Assembly (NCBI GenBank): GCA_963809485.1
Contig: CAWEJX010000008.1
Coordinates: 1-64,000, forward strand
Direction of reading: 5' to 3'
Source: an uncultured Acidobacteriota bacterium
GTDB lineage: Bacteria > Acidobacteriota > UBA6911
DNA: 64,000 bases
The notes beneath the pieces were generated by a model that was given only the letters and a program-made list of their open reading frames with translations, was not told the DNA's origin and made no database searches. The position numbers and the translations under genes are program-made. Shown piece after piece: positions 1 to 9,467 of this stretch (the stretch's first letter is position 1; each line of letters opens with the position of its first letter).

Positions 1-21
1 CGAATCCCGTTGGGGACGCCA
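1..21 (+). tRNA. 3' end of a tRNA, probably tRNA-Glu (cut by the window edge)
   Basis: CGAATCCCGTTGGGGACGCCA matches a T-loop tail, T-stem, acceptor strand GGGGAC, discriminator G and CCA. The anticodon is outside the window, so an att-site duplicate cannot be excluded. Confidence 0.7.
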
Positions 22-138
22 TACTCCGTAAAACCCTCCAATCTCTTGGTATAGAAATCCATCGTGGGATATAATCTTTGCTTAGGCATTCCGGATGCGT
101 TTTTAGAAGGCTTTTTGAGATAAAACTGTTCGAGGGCT

Positions 139-336
139 ATGCCGCGAAAAATAGGGGAGCTAATTCGGGACCTAAAGGCAGCTGGCTTTGCGGATCGCGG
201 AGGAAAGGGAAGTCATCGAAATTTTGTGCACCCGAAAGTCTCCCGACCGATAACAATTTCTGGGAAACCTGGCGATGATGCGCACGCATACCAGGAAACC
301 GCAGTTCGTTTGGCAATTGAGGAATCGAAAAAATGA
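139..336 (+). CDS. hicA: HicA-family toxin (type II TA)
   Basis: 65 aa with a G-K-G-S-H motif. Its stop overlaps the next start (ATGA). Confidence 0.88.
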   Translation: MPRKIGELIRDLKAAGFADRGGKGSHRNFVHPKVSRPITISGKPGDDAHAYQETAVRLAIEESKK

Positions 337-572
337 AGGAAAGTTCCAAGTATGCAAAGATAGTGGAATGGTCCGAAGAAGACCAATGTTTCGTCGGAAG
401 TTGCCCGGGTCTCATTTATGGCGGCTGCCACGGCGACGATGAAAAACAGGTCTTTGAGGAATTGTGCTCGATCGTGGAGGAAGTCATCGAGATCTACAAA
501 AGAGACAACAAGCCTCTGCCTCCGCCTACCTCAGGGAAGGACTACGCGAATAAGATGTTGGATGTTGCTTAG
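333..572 (+). CDS. hicB: HicB-family antitoxin (short, no DNA-binding domain)
   Basis: KYAKIVEWSEEDQCFVGSCPGL...CHGD...PLPPP pattern, translationally coupled to hicA. Confidence 0.85.
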   Translation: MKESSKYAKIVEWSEEDQCFVGSCPGLIYGGCHGDDEKQVFEELCSIVEEVIEIYKRDNKPLPPPTSGKDYANKMLDVA

Positions 573-1105
573 CCCAATGAGCATTCCGAACCCCTCGGTT
601 CTGATACAAGGATCTCCCGCCCAGTTGCGAAAACCGTCCACCAGGGGACGCCATTCGTTCAATCCGTACGGCTTCTCACTCAATAGAGGCAATCAATTCG
701 GGATTATTTGAAGGAAAAAATCAGTAAATTTCTCCATTGATGCACTACTTTTTGGGGCAGCAGGCATATGGCACTTTTTACAATCTGCCACGACCCCCCG
801 ATGTCGACTGGGAATCTGGTATCGGCCCTAAGAAAAAGCCAGTCCGGGGAGCGGATCCTGTGACATGCAAGAATGCCATCATCAGGGACGAGCCTCTACT
901 GTTGCAGCATGCCTGCATCAGATAGAATGGAGGCATCCCGAAAATATCCCATGCATGAGCACTTTTTGCGGGAGGTTACTTATGCAAAGCAATTGGCAGG
1001 CGATGCAGAGTTTTTGGGAGGGATTCGACTACCAATTACTTGTATGTTTTTTCAGGCAAACGATAAATGCATTTATAGGCATGAGATTTGCTCGAACCGG
1101 CCCGA

Positions 1106-1297
1106 TCACAATTCCTGACCCCAAACTTTCGAGTCATCAAAGCGTCTTCCTTTACTGCTGCCCTGACAGGCCCATCGGAATAGGTATCTGAGAAACACCG
1201 GCCCGTATATGAGCAGCAGGACCAGAGCAACCGCCTCCCACGTGTGCTTTTCGAGGACTACATTCAGTCTCCCCAGGACAATGCTCAACTCCCCCAT
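1106..1297 (-). CDS. possible small membrane protein
   Basis: 63 aa with one hydrophobic stretch and a G-rich RBS-like sequence before ATG. No recognisable family. Confidence 0.25.
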   Translation of the reverse strand: MGELSIVLGRLNVVLEKHTWEAVALVLLLIYGPVFLRYLFRWACQGSSKGRRFDDSKVWGQEL

Positions 1298-1559
1298 TTA
1301 CCCCCCTCGTGATGTGACCGTCTGGCTAAGTGCCGAAATCCCATGTGCCGCAGGATTGTCAACGTGTGCCATCACCTCCATCATGTCCTGTCTTCCGTGT
1401 CACCAATTCCAAACAAATCCTCCGCGATCAGCGCGCCGCATTTCATAGCCGTTGCCCGGAATGCTCTCGCGCTTTTCGACCGTATAGCTTATCATATCGG
1501 TAAACGGGAGTTAAACGATTGTCAAACTTAGGTCAATCATTGTAAAAGCTGTTTAAGCC

Positions 1560-3018
1560 CAATACTGTTCACTTAATGAGTCGGATATGATTCTCAACCA
1601 CTATCCACTTCGTTCTCGCTCGCTTACGCGGCCGCAGCGGATAATTGCTCATCTTTCGTTTGAGGCCGCGAGGATTGCTCCGCGATCGGCTAGATACGAC
1701 GCGCTCTTGCAGGATCTCCATCAATACCGCCTCATGGAATGCTTTCCTGTCCCGAGGGGGGAATTGACGCGAACCGCGCGATTTTCCTGCGGACCACGCG
1801 GACCGCGTGCAGGAATGAAAGTGTATCCGGATCTTCGTTGGCCTTCAACGCCGCCTCGTGCATCAGTCCGCGGATGGCGAAGTGCGCCATCATCAATCCG
1901 TAAAATTCTTGCTGCACCAGATCTGGGGTTTTGCTTCGTAAGACAATCCGGGAGCCGCGCAAATGCGTCTTGAGTTCGTCCAAGGCCGTTTCGATTTCCC
2001 ATCGTTCATGATAAAGCGCCGCCAACTCAATCGCCGGGGCGGCCTCGTGATCCAAAATCGTTGTCAGCAGCCGGTAGATAGGTTCGGCTCCGGGAATCCC
2101 CTCCAGCCTATATTCGACAACGCGAACAGTCACTCCATTCTGACCATGCCGCTGATCCTTGGGCGACTCATAAATCCTGCTCAGGTACGAGCCGTCGGGC
2201 AGACGTTTCTCGCACGGAAGGCGCAGATTCTTTTTTACCCTCCAGAGCAGGTCTGCGCCGGTCGAACGTGCCTGATTCCACAACGCAAATCCAAAGAAGT
2301 TTCGGTCGGCAAGACACAGCATCCCTTTGGCCAAAGAAGACAATACTTGTTTGGCCAGGGTAATCTCTCCCGTGTCTACTCCTCCCATCCGGGTTCCAAA
2401 CAACACGTGAGTTCCATTTTCAACCAGGGATACGAAGCGAATCTGGGGAAACGCACTCTTGCCTCGGCTGGCGGAAGGCCGGCCAAACGACTTTGCATTA
2501 TCTTTTTCGTCTGCGGTATCCAAAGTGCTGCCATCTATGCTGACCAGACGCCACCTGCGATACCATGCCCCTTGGGTCGACTCGACAGCAATAGGTTTCA
2601 CAATCCTGTCGTGCAATCGCTGGAGTGGTTCCCATCCCAGACGTGTACGCGCCTGAGAAATACCGGACTTGCCCGTCACCTTGACAGTGGCCCCCGGTCC
2701 CAGAAGCCACTGGATGCCTTCAAAAAGGCAGCGCAGCACCTCGCGGTAGGAGGACTGCATGTACAAGGCCAATGCGATTACATAGTAGACAACCACGTGA
2801 GCGGGCAGATCCCTTTGTCTTACGCTGGCTTTGCCCGTACCGCGGAGCACAGCCTGGATTGCAGCGGGCGGAAACGTCTTTGTCAGTACCCCCAGGCTGA
2901 TGAAATCGGTTATACGTGTGCCGCTGGGGAGTTCAGCAATAGTTCGTGCCATAAGTGGTCCTCCTGTCAAATTTATTGACAGGATACCACAGATTACACT
3001 GTTAAGTGAACAGTATTG
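1560..3018 (-). mobile_element. complete IS4-family insertion sequence (1459 bp)
   Basis: Perfect 17-bp TIR CAATACTGTTCACTTAA (1560-1576 and 3002-3018); 10-bp direct repeat TGTTTAAGCC at 1550-1559 and 3019-3028. Confidence 0.95.
1732..2952 (-). CDS. IS4-family DDE transposase
   Basis: IDGS, LADRNF and the YREK-type signature YHERWEIETALDELK; GGAGG RBS before ATG 2952. Confidence 0.95.
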   Translation of the reverse strand: MARTIAELPSGTRITDFISLGVLTKTFPPAAIQAVLRGTGKASVRQRDLPAHVVVYYVIALALYMQSSYREVLRCLFEGIQWLLGPGATVKVTGKSGISQARTRLGWEPLQRLHDRIVKPIAVESTQGAWYRRWRLVSIDGSTLDTADEKDNAKSFGRPSASRGKSAFPQIRFVSLVENGTHVLFGTRMGGVDTGEITLAKQVLSSLAKGMLCLADRNFFGFALWNQARSTGADLLWRVKKNLRLPCEKRLPDGSYLSRIYESPKDQRHGQNGVTVRVVEYRLEGIPGAEPIYRLLTTILDHEAAPAIELAALYHERWEIETALDELKTHLRGSRIVLRSKTPDLVQQEFYGLMMAHFAIRGLMHEAALKANEDPDTLSFLHAVRVVRRKIARFASIPPSGQESIP

Positions 3019-3182
3019 TGTTTAAGCCGGGAAAACGCTTACAATGACAGCCGATGAATCCGATCCTGCCGCAAACTCACCGGGGCTGAAAATGCCATGT
3101 ATGCAATAAGATATAGCCAAAAGGAGTCGGCGGCAGAAAATCGCGGCCCTCTGACGGGAGCCAAAAAGAAAATCACTGCCAC

Positions 3183-3258
3183 ATATTGAATGTCGAATCT
3201 TGAACCGCAAAAGTCAGGATTGGACTTCGAAATTCATCATTCTGCGGTTCAAAGGCTG
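3183..3258. repeat. family-B internal palindrome (TCGAAT heptamer hairpin) fragment
   Basis: GAACCGCAAAAGTCAGGATTGGACTTCGAAATTCAT...TTCTGCGGTTC is near-identical to 32560-32650. Confidence 0.75.
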
Positions 3259-3273
3259 TGAGGATGGATTGCG

Positions 3274-3460
3274 AGTCAGGCCTGAAAGATTGGAACCGCT
3301 CAAAGCGGTTGGAGGAGTTACGCTGGTCTTGCTCGCCGACCCTCGTCGAACAAATCGGCGTTTGTCAGCGCTTTTGTCAGCGTATCTCAGCGTTTCAAAA
3401 TAAGGAGCTGTCAAACTCTATAAGTCCCCCGGCAGAGCCGGGGATTTACCAATAGAATTA
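3274..3460 (-). mobile_element. family-A miniature IS200/IS605-like element, copy A1 (internal deletion, right hairpin lost)
   Basis: Homologous to 37080-37473; retains the CCCCGGCAGAGCCGGGG and AACCGCTCAAAGCGGTT hairpins. Confidence 0.8.
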
Positions 3461-3558
3461 ATCGCGCGTTCACGCCAATACCTCGAAGCTTCAAGTTTTC
3501 TTTGAGAAGCAGGGCCGTAGCTCTGATTTTTTCCCGTATAGAATGCCGCAATTGCCTG

Positions 3559-4929
3559 CTACAGGGGTTTGAACCGGCTCTTGGGAACTTTGCAGATCGG
3601 GCAAACCCAATTGTCGGGTATTTTGTCGAACGGCGTGCCGGGAGGAATTCCGCCGGCAGGATCGCCCTTCGCGGGATCATAGACATACCGGCAGACCGAA
3701 CAGATATATTTTTCCTGCACAGGTTCCTTTGCAGGCGCCTGTTGGGGCGTTTCAGCGGGCCGGCTGATGCGGTCTCGAACGGCATCGGCAAGAGCGTCCA
3801 GAGCGGCATATGTTTCCGCCCTGGGCAAGCCTTTTGCCAGGACCGGCGGAAGGAATTCAAGCTTCAGGCCCGAGAGCAACGACTGTAGTGTCTCAGTCAG
3901 CCTCCCTCCCCAGCCGAACGATCCGATCACCGAGGCAAATTTCGCCTTGGGATTCAGCGCGTTGGCCAGCAGTGCGGCGTAGGCGGCCTTGGGGTGCGGG
4001 CCGGCCAGGACCATCGGGGAGCCGATCACAATCCCTGCCGCATCCACAAGCATCATAGCCAGCTTTCCCGTGTCCGCCTCGGCCAGGTCGAGCTGCTCGG
4101 CCAAAACTCCGCGCTCGGCGCAGGCCTCGACAAAGTAGCGCACCATAAGGCGCGTGCTTTCATGCATGGAGACGTAGGGCACAACCACAGTCTTCTTCGC
4201 GGGACCGAAAATCCACTCCCGGTGGGCATCCACGATCAGCGCCGGGCGCTTGTGGATCGGGCCGTGGCTGGGCGCGATGGTCTGCGCACCAAGCTTTTCC
4301 GCTTTGCTGAAATTTTTCGCGATTACCTCCCGGAAGGGCATCATGATCTCGGCGTAATATCTCTTGGCGGACTGAAGGAGCGCCCCTTCGTCGGACACGT
4401 ACAGGTCGGCGCTCGCCAGGTGGGAACCGAACAGGTCGCAGGAAAACAGAATTTTCTGCTCGGGCAGCCATGTGAGGATGGTCTCGGGCCAGTGAACCCA
4501 TGGGAAACTGATGAACTGCAGCGTCTTGCCTCCGAGGTCGACGGTGTCCCCGTCTTTGACCGTAACGATGCGGTCCTCAGGCACGGCCAGCAAGTCCATC
4601 AGGAGCTGCTTGCCTCTATCGCTCGTCACCGCTTTGGCCATGGGATAGGCTGAAAGCACATCGGGAATGGCGCCGGAATGGTCCTGCTCGGCATGATTCG
4701 CGACCACATAGTCGATCGCCGAAACCTTCAGATCCTTCAAGCGCGCGAAAAGCACGTCTTTCATTGCCGGATCGACTGCGTCAATAAGCGCCGTTTTTTT
4801 CGTACCCTGGACAAAGTATGCGTTGTAGCTTGTCCCGTCGGGAAGCGGAATAAGGCTGTCAAAAAGCTTCCGATCCCAATCCACGGCTCCGACCCACCAG
4901 ATCCCTTCGCTTATTTTGCGTGCTTTCAT
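3559..4929 (-). CDS. flavodiiron protein (FprA family) with C-terminal rubredoxin domain
   Basis: [20 protein letters not shown], flavodoxin domain, C-terminal CSVC...WVCPIC. Confidence 0.92.
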   Translation of the reverse strand: MKARKISEGIWWVGAVDWDRKLFDSLIPLPDGTSYNAYFVQGTKKTALIDAVDPAMKDVLFARLKDLKVSAIDYVVANHAEQDHSGAIPDVLSAYPMAKAVTSDRGKQLLMDLLAVPEDRIVTVKDGDTVDLGGKTLQFISFPWVHWPETILTWLPEQKILFSCDLFGSHLASADLYVSDEGALLQSAKRYYAEIMMPFREVIAKNFSKAEKLGAQTIAPSHGPIHKRPALIVDAHREWIFGPAKKTVVVPYVSMHESTRLMVRYFVEACAERGVLAEQLDLAEADTGKLAMMLVDAAGIVIGSPMVLAGPHPKAAYAALLANALNPKAKFASVIGSFGWGGRLTETLQSLLSGLKLEFLPPVLAKGLPRAETYAALDALADAVRDRISRPAETPQQAPAKEPVQEKYICSVCRYVYDPAKGDPAGGIPPGTPFDKIPDNWVCPICKVPKSRFKPL

Positions 4930-5134
4930 CTTCAACCAATCCTTTCGAGTAGTGGAACTATACCAGGGATGATTTTAGACGAATCTGGGGAATAAACAAA
5001 ACAGAAGTAGTGGGCAGCAGGCAGCAGGAATCAAGAAGCCCGAATTTGGGATTTTTCTTTTGGGGAAAGAATACAGGAATTGGGTAGTTTGGGTCCGCGC
5101 TTTTCCGGCCTCCGGCTTCTTTCCTCGAGGTATT

Positions 5135-5332
5135 CTACTTGCCGATTTTTCCTATCAGGCGGGCCGGGAGCGTGATTATCGAGCGAATCAGCTCCAGCAC
5201 TCCTCCTACGGCTATGCCGAGAATTCGGAAAGGAAGCAGTATCAACCAAACCAGCGGATACAGGACCAGCGCGAGGAGCGCAAGCGGCCAGCACAGAATG
5301 AACAAAATGCACCAGAGCAGAAATTTCAGCAT
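5135..5332 (-). CDS. small hypothetical membrane protein
   Basis: 65 aa hydrophobic ORF MLKFLLWCILFILCWPLALLAL. Confidence 0.7.
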   Translation of the reverse strand: MLKFLLWCILFILCWPLALLALVLYPLVWLILLPFRILGIAVGGVLELIRSIITLPARLIGKIGK

Positions 5333-5393
5333 AGGTGGCCTCAAAAAGAGCAATCGTTGGTTTTTATTGAGGAAATGCCGTTCGAAATCTTCT

Positions 5394-6155
5394 TCACCCT
5401 TCTTTTTGTTTTTGCGCAAGTTCTCCGAGGATAGCGCCGAATTCATCCAGGTAATCTCTCTTGCTTCTGTGTGAGGGCAGGTGCCAGGTCATTTCCTGGA
5501 GGTTCCGCGTCATGGTCGGTATCCAGGGATAGGGGATGGAGATCAGCAGAGTCTCTTTGGCGAAAAGCTCCCTGCCTTTCATGCCGTGCACCATTTCGGG
5601 GACGATGAAGTTCACGTGGCCGCTCTTGAACGGATAGATAAAGATCCAGGAGCACCCCATGACAGGCGTGGTTTTTGAGGTGTACAACTCGCCCGTGGAA
5701 TAGGTCATGGATCGCATCACGATCTCCGCTCGGCCGGGATCGGCCGCGATGATGAGCAAATCGGGCTCGAACACCAGCTTATCGATCGGGGAGAAGGCCA
5801 CATAATTCACCACATTCTTTTCGAATTTCGGGACGTGCTGGTAAAAAGCGTAATTCGCCCGCGCTTCCTGAAAGACCTGCAGTTTTTCCCCTATTTGACC
5901 ACTCTCGGCAAACGGCTCCATATCCTGCATGCCCAGCAGGATTTTGCCGACGCAGGTTTCGTTGTGCTCCTTTCCGAAGTAGAAGGGCTTTCGCGTTTTT
6001 TGCGCCTCCGCCAGCAGTTCACACAAGGAAAGGTTTTTTTCGGCCGTCAACGCATCCATGCCCTCAGGTTTGAAGAACTGGAACTTGATACCGATAGGCG
6101 GAATTTCAAGGTCGAGCTTAGAATATATGGACAGATCTGTTTGGAGCGGTTTCAT
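5394..6155 (-). CDS. DUF169-family protein
   Basis: PIGIKF...LSLCE...TCVG...EPDLLII pattern; GGAGG RBS before MKPLQ. Confidence 0.75.
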   Translation of the reverse strand: MKPLQTDLSIYSKLDLEIPPIGIKFQFFKPEGMDALTAEKNLSLCELLAEAQKTRKPFYFGKEHNETCVGKILLGMQDMEPFAESGQIGEKLQVFQEARANYAFYQHVPKFEKNVVNYVAFSPIDKLVFEPDLLIIAADPGRAEIVMRSMTYSTGELYTSKTTPVMGCSWIFIYPFKSGHVNFIVPEMVHGMKGRELFAKETLLISIPYPWIPTMTRNLQEMTWHLPSHRSKRDYLDEFGAILGELAQKQKEG

Positions 6156-6459
6156 CGTTTTACCTCCCGAGGGTGCCTTTGGCGAATTGTAAATCTCTTT
6201 TATCACAAGCCGGGCAGACAGAGCAATTCCGATGCGTCCGGGGCCGCCCGCAAGGCCGCAGGAGGCCCTAATCCCGGGATCTGCCTGTGCTCTGCCGTAA
6301 TCTTTCATTTCTTGTGTCCCGGTGGGGAATGTGCTAAAACACGCCATGTTTGGAGATAAACCGAAGCAGAGGCAGGATGAAGCCGGGCATGGGCGCAGGC
6401 TCCGCATATTTCCGAAGTCATAGGGCTATGTTAACGATATACAAATAGGAGATAAGGAT

Positions 6460-7269
6460 ATGAGACTTGATGGAAAGACGGCACTTATTACAGGCGGAGG
6501 CAGGGGCATCGGCGCTGCCATCGCGAAAAGGTTTGTGGATGATGGAGCTAAGATCGTCATCAGCGATGTCCGCAAAGACCTGCTGGAGGAAGCGGCAAAG
6601 TCCTTTAATTCCAAGAATGTGGAAATATGTGCGGGCGATGTGACAAATTTTGAAGATGTTCAAAAGATGGTTGCCGCAACCGTGAAGTTCGGCGGCAAAA
6701 TCGATGTTCTGGTCAACAATGCCGGTATCGATCCCGGCGGGTCGATTGTCGACATCGATATCGCGCTTTGGAAAAAGATTCTCGATGTGAATCTCAACGG
6801 CCCGTTTTTTTGTATGAGGGCCGCGATTCCTGAGATGATCAAGCAGGGCGGGGGATCCATAGTAAACATCGCATCGCTGGCCGGTGTGCGCTGCCTGCCT
6901 TCCATGCCGGCCTATTGCGCTTCCAAGGGCGGACTCATACAGCTGGCGCTGCAGTGCGCGCTGGAATATGGCCCCCAGAAGATCCGCAGCAACGTTGTTG
7001 CTCCAGGCGCTACCAAAACCGAGATGCTCATCAATGCAATGAGCAGCCTGACCAAGGCGATCAAGAGGGACGCGTTCGAAGTGCTTGCGGAAAGCGTGCC
7101 CTTGCGCCGCGCCGCCACACCGGACGAAATCACCGGTGCCTGCTCTTTCCTGGCCAGCGACGACTCCGCGTTTATTACCGGAGCTGTGCTCATGGTAGAC
7201 GGCGGCGCCGCCATCGTCGATGTTTCCGGCGCATCCGTAGCCCGCGCAGGTGTTGGTTGGGGAGTGTAG
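6460..7269 (+). CDS. short-chain dehydrogenase/reductase
   Basis: TGGGRGIG, NNAG, YCASK. Confidence 0.93.
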   Translation: MRLDGKTALITGGGRGIGAAIAKRFVDDGAKIVISDVRKDLLEEAAKSFNSKNVEICAGDVTNFEDVQKMVAATVKFGGKIDVLVNNAGIDPGGSIVDIDIALWKKILDVNLNGPFFCMRAAIPEMIKQGGGSIVNIASLAGVRCLPSMPAYCASKGGLIQLALQCALEYGPQKIRSNVVAPGATKTEMLINAMSSLTKAIKRDAFEVLAESVPLRRAATPDEITGACSFLASDDSAFITGAVLMVDGGAAIVDVSGASVARAGVGWGV

Positions 7270-7272
7270 GAA

Positions 7273-7323
7273 TTGACGATTGACGATTGACGAGGGAAAT
7301 AAGCTTGCCTCGTCAATCGTCAA
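7273..7323. repeat. hairpin of TTGACGA heptamers between convergent genes, terminator-like
   Basis: (TTGACGA)x3, then an inverted TCGTCAA x2. Confidence 0.65.
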
Positions 7324-7365
7324 GATGTTAGAAACCGCTAAATCCTGATTTTTGCCTGAGCCTGG

Positions 7366-7818
7366 CTATTTGCTGGGTATCATGGGGTATTTCAGCTCAA
7401 CCCACCGCAGTGATCCTCCGCTCAGGATTTTGATCTTGTCCCGATCGTAACCCAAATCGTACAGCTCCTTGGCGATATTGGCGCTGCTGGCATCGTCCGT
7501 GCAGTCGCAGTAGGTCACGATCAGCTTGTTCATGGGAAGCGCCATCAGCATCATCTGCCGGTTCATCGGATCCGATGTGGGATCATAGTAGATATTGACG
7601 GCACCCTTGATATGCCCGGCGGAATAGCTGCCGCTGTCCCGTGTGTCTACGACTACCAGATCCCCGCCTTTGTCGATCATCTGCTTGAGCTCTTCCACCT
7701 TCACTCGAGGCAGGTTGGGCAGGACCACTTCCTCTGCGTAGGAATATGCGGCAAAACCGGCGATCAGCAAAAACAAGGGGATTAGGAGCATCGCTGCCAT
7801 AGAAATGTTAATCTTCAT
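7366..7818 (-). CDS. exported rhodanese-like domain protein
   Basis: Signal peptide, VVDTR, GHIKGAVNI, YCDC loop, LSGG..W. Confidence 0.85.
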   Translation of the reverse strand: MKINISMAAMLLIPLFLLIAGFAAYSYAEEVVLPNLPRVKVEELKQMIDKGGDLVVVDTRDSGSYSAGHIKGAVNIYYDPTSDPMNRQMMLMALPMNKLIVTYCDCTDDASSANIAKELYDLGYDRDKIKILSGGSLRWVELKYPMIPSK

Positions 7819-8192
7819 TGTTCCTCTCTATTCGTGTTGAAATATATCTTGCATGACAAGTTTATCCTGCCATCGTCATTCGTCAAAATACAATAACAAA
7901 TGACGGTTTGAGAAGCCGCAAGTTTCATCTGTTCGGGCAAAAAAAGCGCTGCCGAATTCGGCAGCCGGCCAATGAGCTATTTCCCGCACAAAGCTCGAAA
8001 TCCCGGCCATTTCCTCCTGTCTCTGCCCATTCCGGCCCCTGTCTCCGGCAGCCAAATCTGTGCTTGTGTCGCAATCCGGAATGGCCTATAAGTAGATTCA
8101 CCGCAAAGACGATACGGCGCGGAACAGTTCGCAATCCTGCATCATCTCAAAGAGGTGCGGCAACAGATATTAATCATCCCAGGAGGTTTACA

Positions 8193-9287
8193 ATGAAAAT
8201 CAAAGCTGCCGTGGTGCGTGAAAAAGGAGGCCCTTTTCTAATCGAGGAAATTGAGCTGGATGAGCCCAGGGCCGATGAAGTCTTGGTGAAAATTGCCAGC
8301 TCGGGGCTTTGTCATACGGACCTGGTTGCCCGTAACCAATATATGCCGATACCGCTGCCGGGCGTCTTCGGGCACGAAGGAGCCGGGGTTGTTGAAAAAG
8401 TGGGTGCGCAGGTCACCAAAGTAAAACCCGGAGACCACGTGGCCACCAGTTTCATGTCCTGCGGCACCTGCGTGCCCTGCAAGAAAGGCATCCCGGGTTG
8501 GTGCACCGAGTTCAGAAGACTGAATTTTGGCGGAAGGCGCGCCGACGGTTCTGCAACCATGAAGAAGGGAAGCGAGACCGTATACGGCTCGTTTTTTGGG
8601 CAATCGACCTTCGCAAATTACGCTGTTATGTCTGAACGCAGCATCGCGAAAGTTCCGTCGGATGTACCATTGGAGATACTCAGTCCCCTCGGGTGCGGCA
8701 TTCAGACCGGCGCAGGCGGCGTCATCAACACCCTGAAGGCACGGCCCGGCTCCGAAATCGCGGTCTTCGGCATCGGATCGGTCGGCCTGAGCGCCATCAT
8801 GGCAGCCGTTGTATCCGGCTGCACAAAGATTATCGGAATTGACGTTGTGCCCGAACGGCTGAAGCTGGCCAAGGAGTTCGGGGCCACCGACATCATCGAT
8901 TCCAGCAAGGCCAATGCAGTTGAGGAAATCCGGAACCTCACCGGCGGAGGGATTGAGTTCACCCTCGAATGCACCGGCATACCGAAGGTGTTCCGCCAGG
9001 CTGTGGATTCGCTCATGATGGGCGGCACCTGCGGCCTGATCGGTGTCGCGCCGGTCGGGGTGGAAGCAAGTCTCGAGATGCAGGTGATCCTCGACGGGCG
9101 AACCATCAAGGGTATCGTCGAAGGCGACTGCATACCGGAAATTTTCATACCTCAGCTGATTCAGTTCTATAAACAGGGACGATTCCCGTTTGACCGCCTG
9201 ATAAAGTTCTATACTCTCGAACAGATCAACGAAGCCGCCGAGGATTCCGAAAAGGGGAAAACCCTCAAGGCCGTCCTGCGGCCGTAA
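8193..9287 (+). CDS. Zn-dependent alcohol dehydrogenase (aryl-alcohol dehydrogenase-like)
   Basis: GLCHTD, GHEGAG, structural Cys4 site, LGCGIQTGAG; AGGAGG RBS. Confidence 0.92.
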   Translation: MKIKAAVVREKGGPFLIEEIELDEPRADEVLVKIASSGLCHTDLVARNQYMPIPLPGVFGHEGAGVVEKVGAQVTKVKPGDHVATSFMSCGTCVPCKKGIPGWCTEFRRLNFGGRRADGSATMKKGSETVYGSFFGQSTFANYAVMSERSIAKVPSDVPLEILSPLGCGIQTGAGGVINTLKARPGSEIAVFGIGSVGLSAIMAAVVSGCTKIIGIDVVPERLKLAKEFGATDIIDSSKANAVEEIRNLTGGGIEFTLECTGIPKVFRQAVDSLMMGGTCGLIGVAPVGVEASLEMQVILDGRTIKGIVEGDCIPEIFIPQLIQFYKQGRFPFDRLIKFYTLEQINEAAEDSEKGKTLKAVLRP

Positions 9288-9322
9288 CGGCTGCGTTTTG
9301 CTTTGGATTTTGGGCATAAATT

Positions 9323-9395
9323 TTAACGCTGACCTGCGCCGATAAACGCTGACGTACGCTGAAAAAATATAAAGAGTATTATTTTCCCAGCGTTT
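9323..9395. repeat. ACGCTGA-based short repeats related to the cargo of copy A4
   Basis: AAACGCTGACGTACGCTGA is also present at 26815-26833. Confidence 0.55.
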
Positions 9396-9467
9396 AATGT
9401 TAATTGGGTACGGGTCTCCAGAGACTTTCGCAAAACTGCCGGAGATCCGTCCTCATTAAACTTTGCA

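Larger units (their letters stand above)
12..654 (+). repeat. 11-bp direct repeat GGGGACGCCAT (12-22 and 644-654) bracketing hicAB, att-like
   Basis: Exact match to the tRNA 3' end. Confidence 0.65.

Noticed and set aside
655-1549. Short overlapping ORFs between hicB and the IS4 element
   Set aside because: No recognisable motifs; probably decayed accessory DNA. Only 1106-1297 is kept, at low confidence.
1963-2979. Long antisense ORFs (this one, also 8238-9317, 15740-17281, 20326-21414, 53214-54158)
   Set aside because: They are shadow ORFs opposite well-supported genes in GC-rich DNA.
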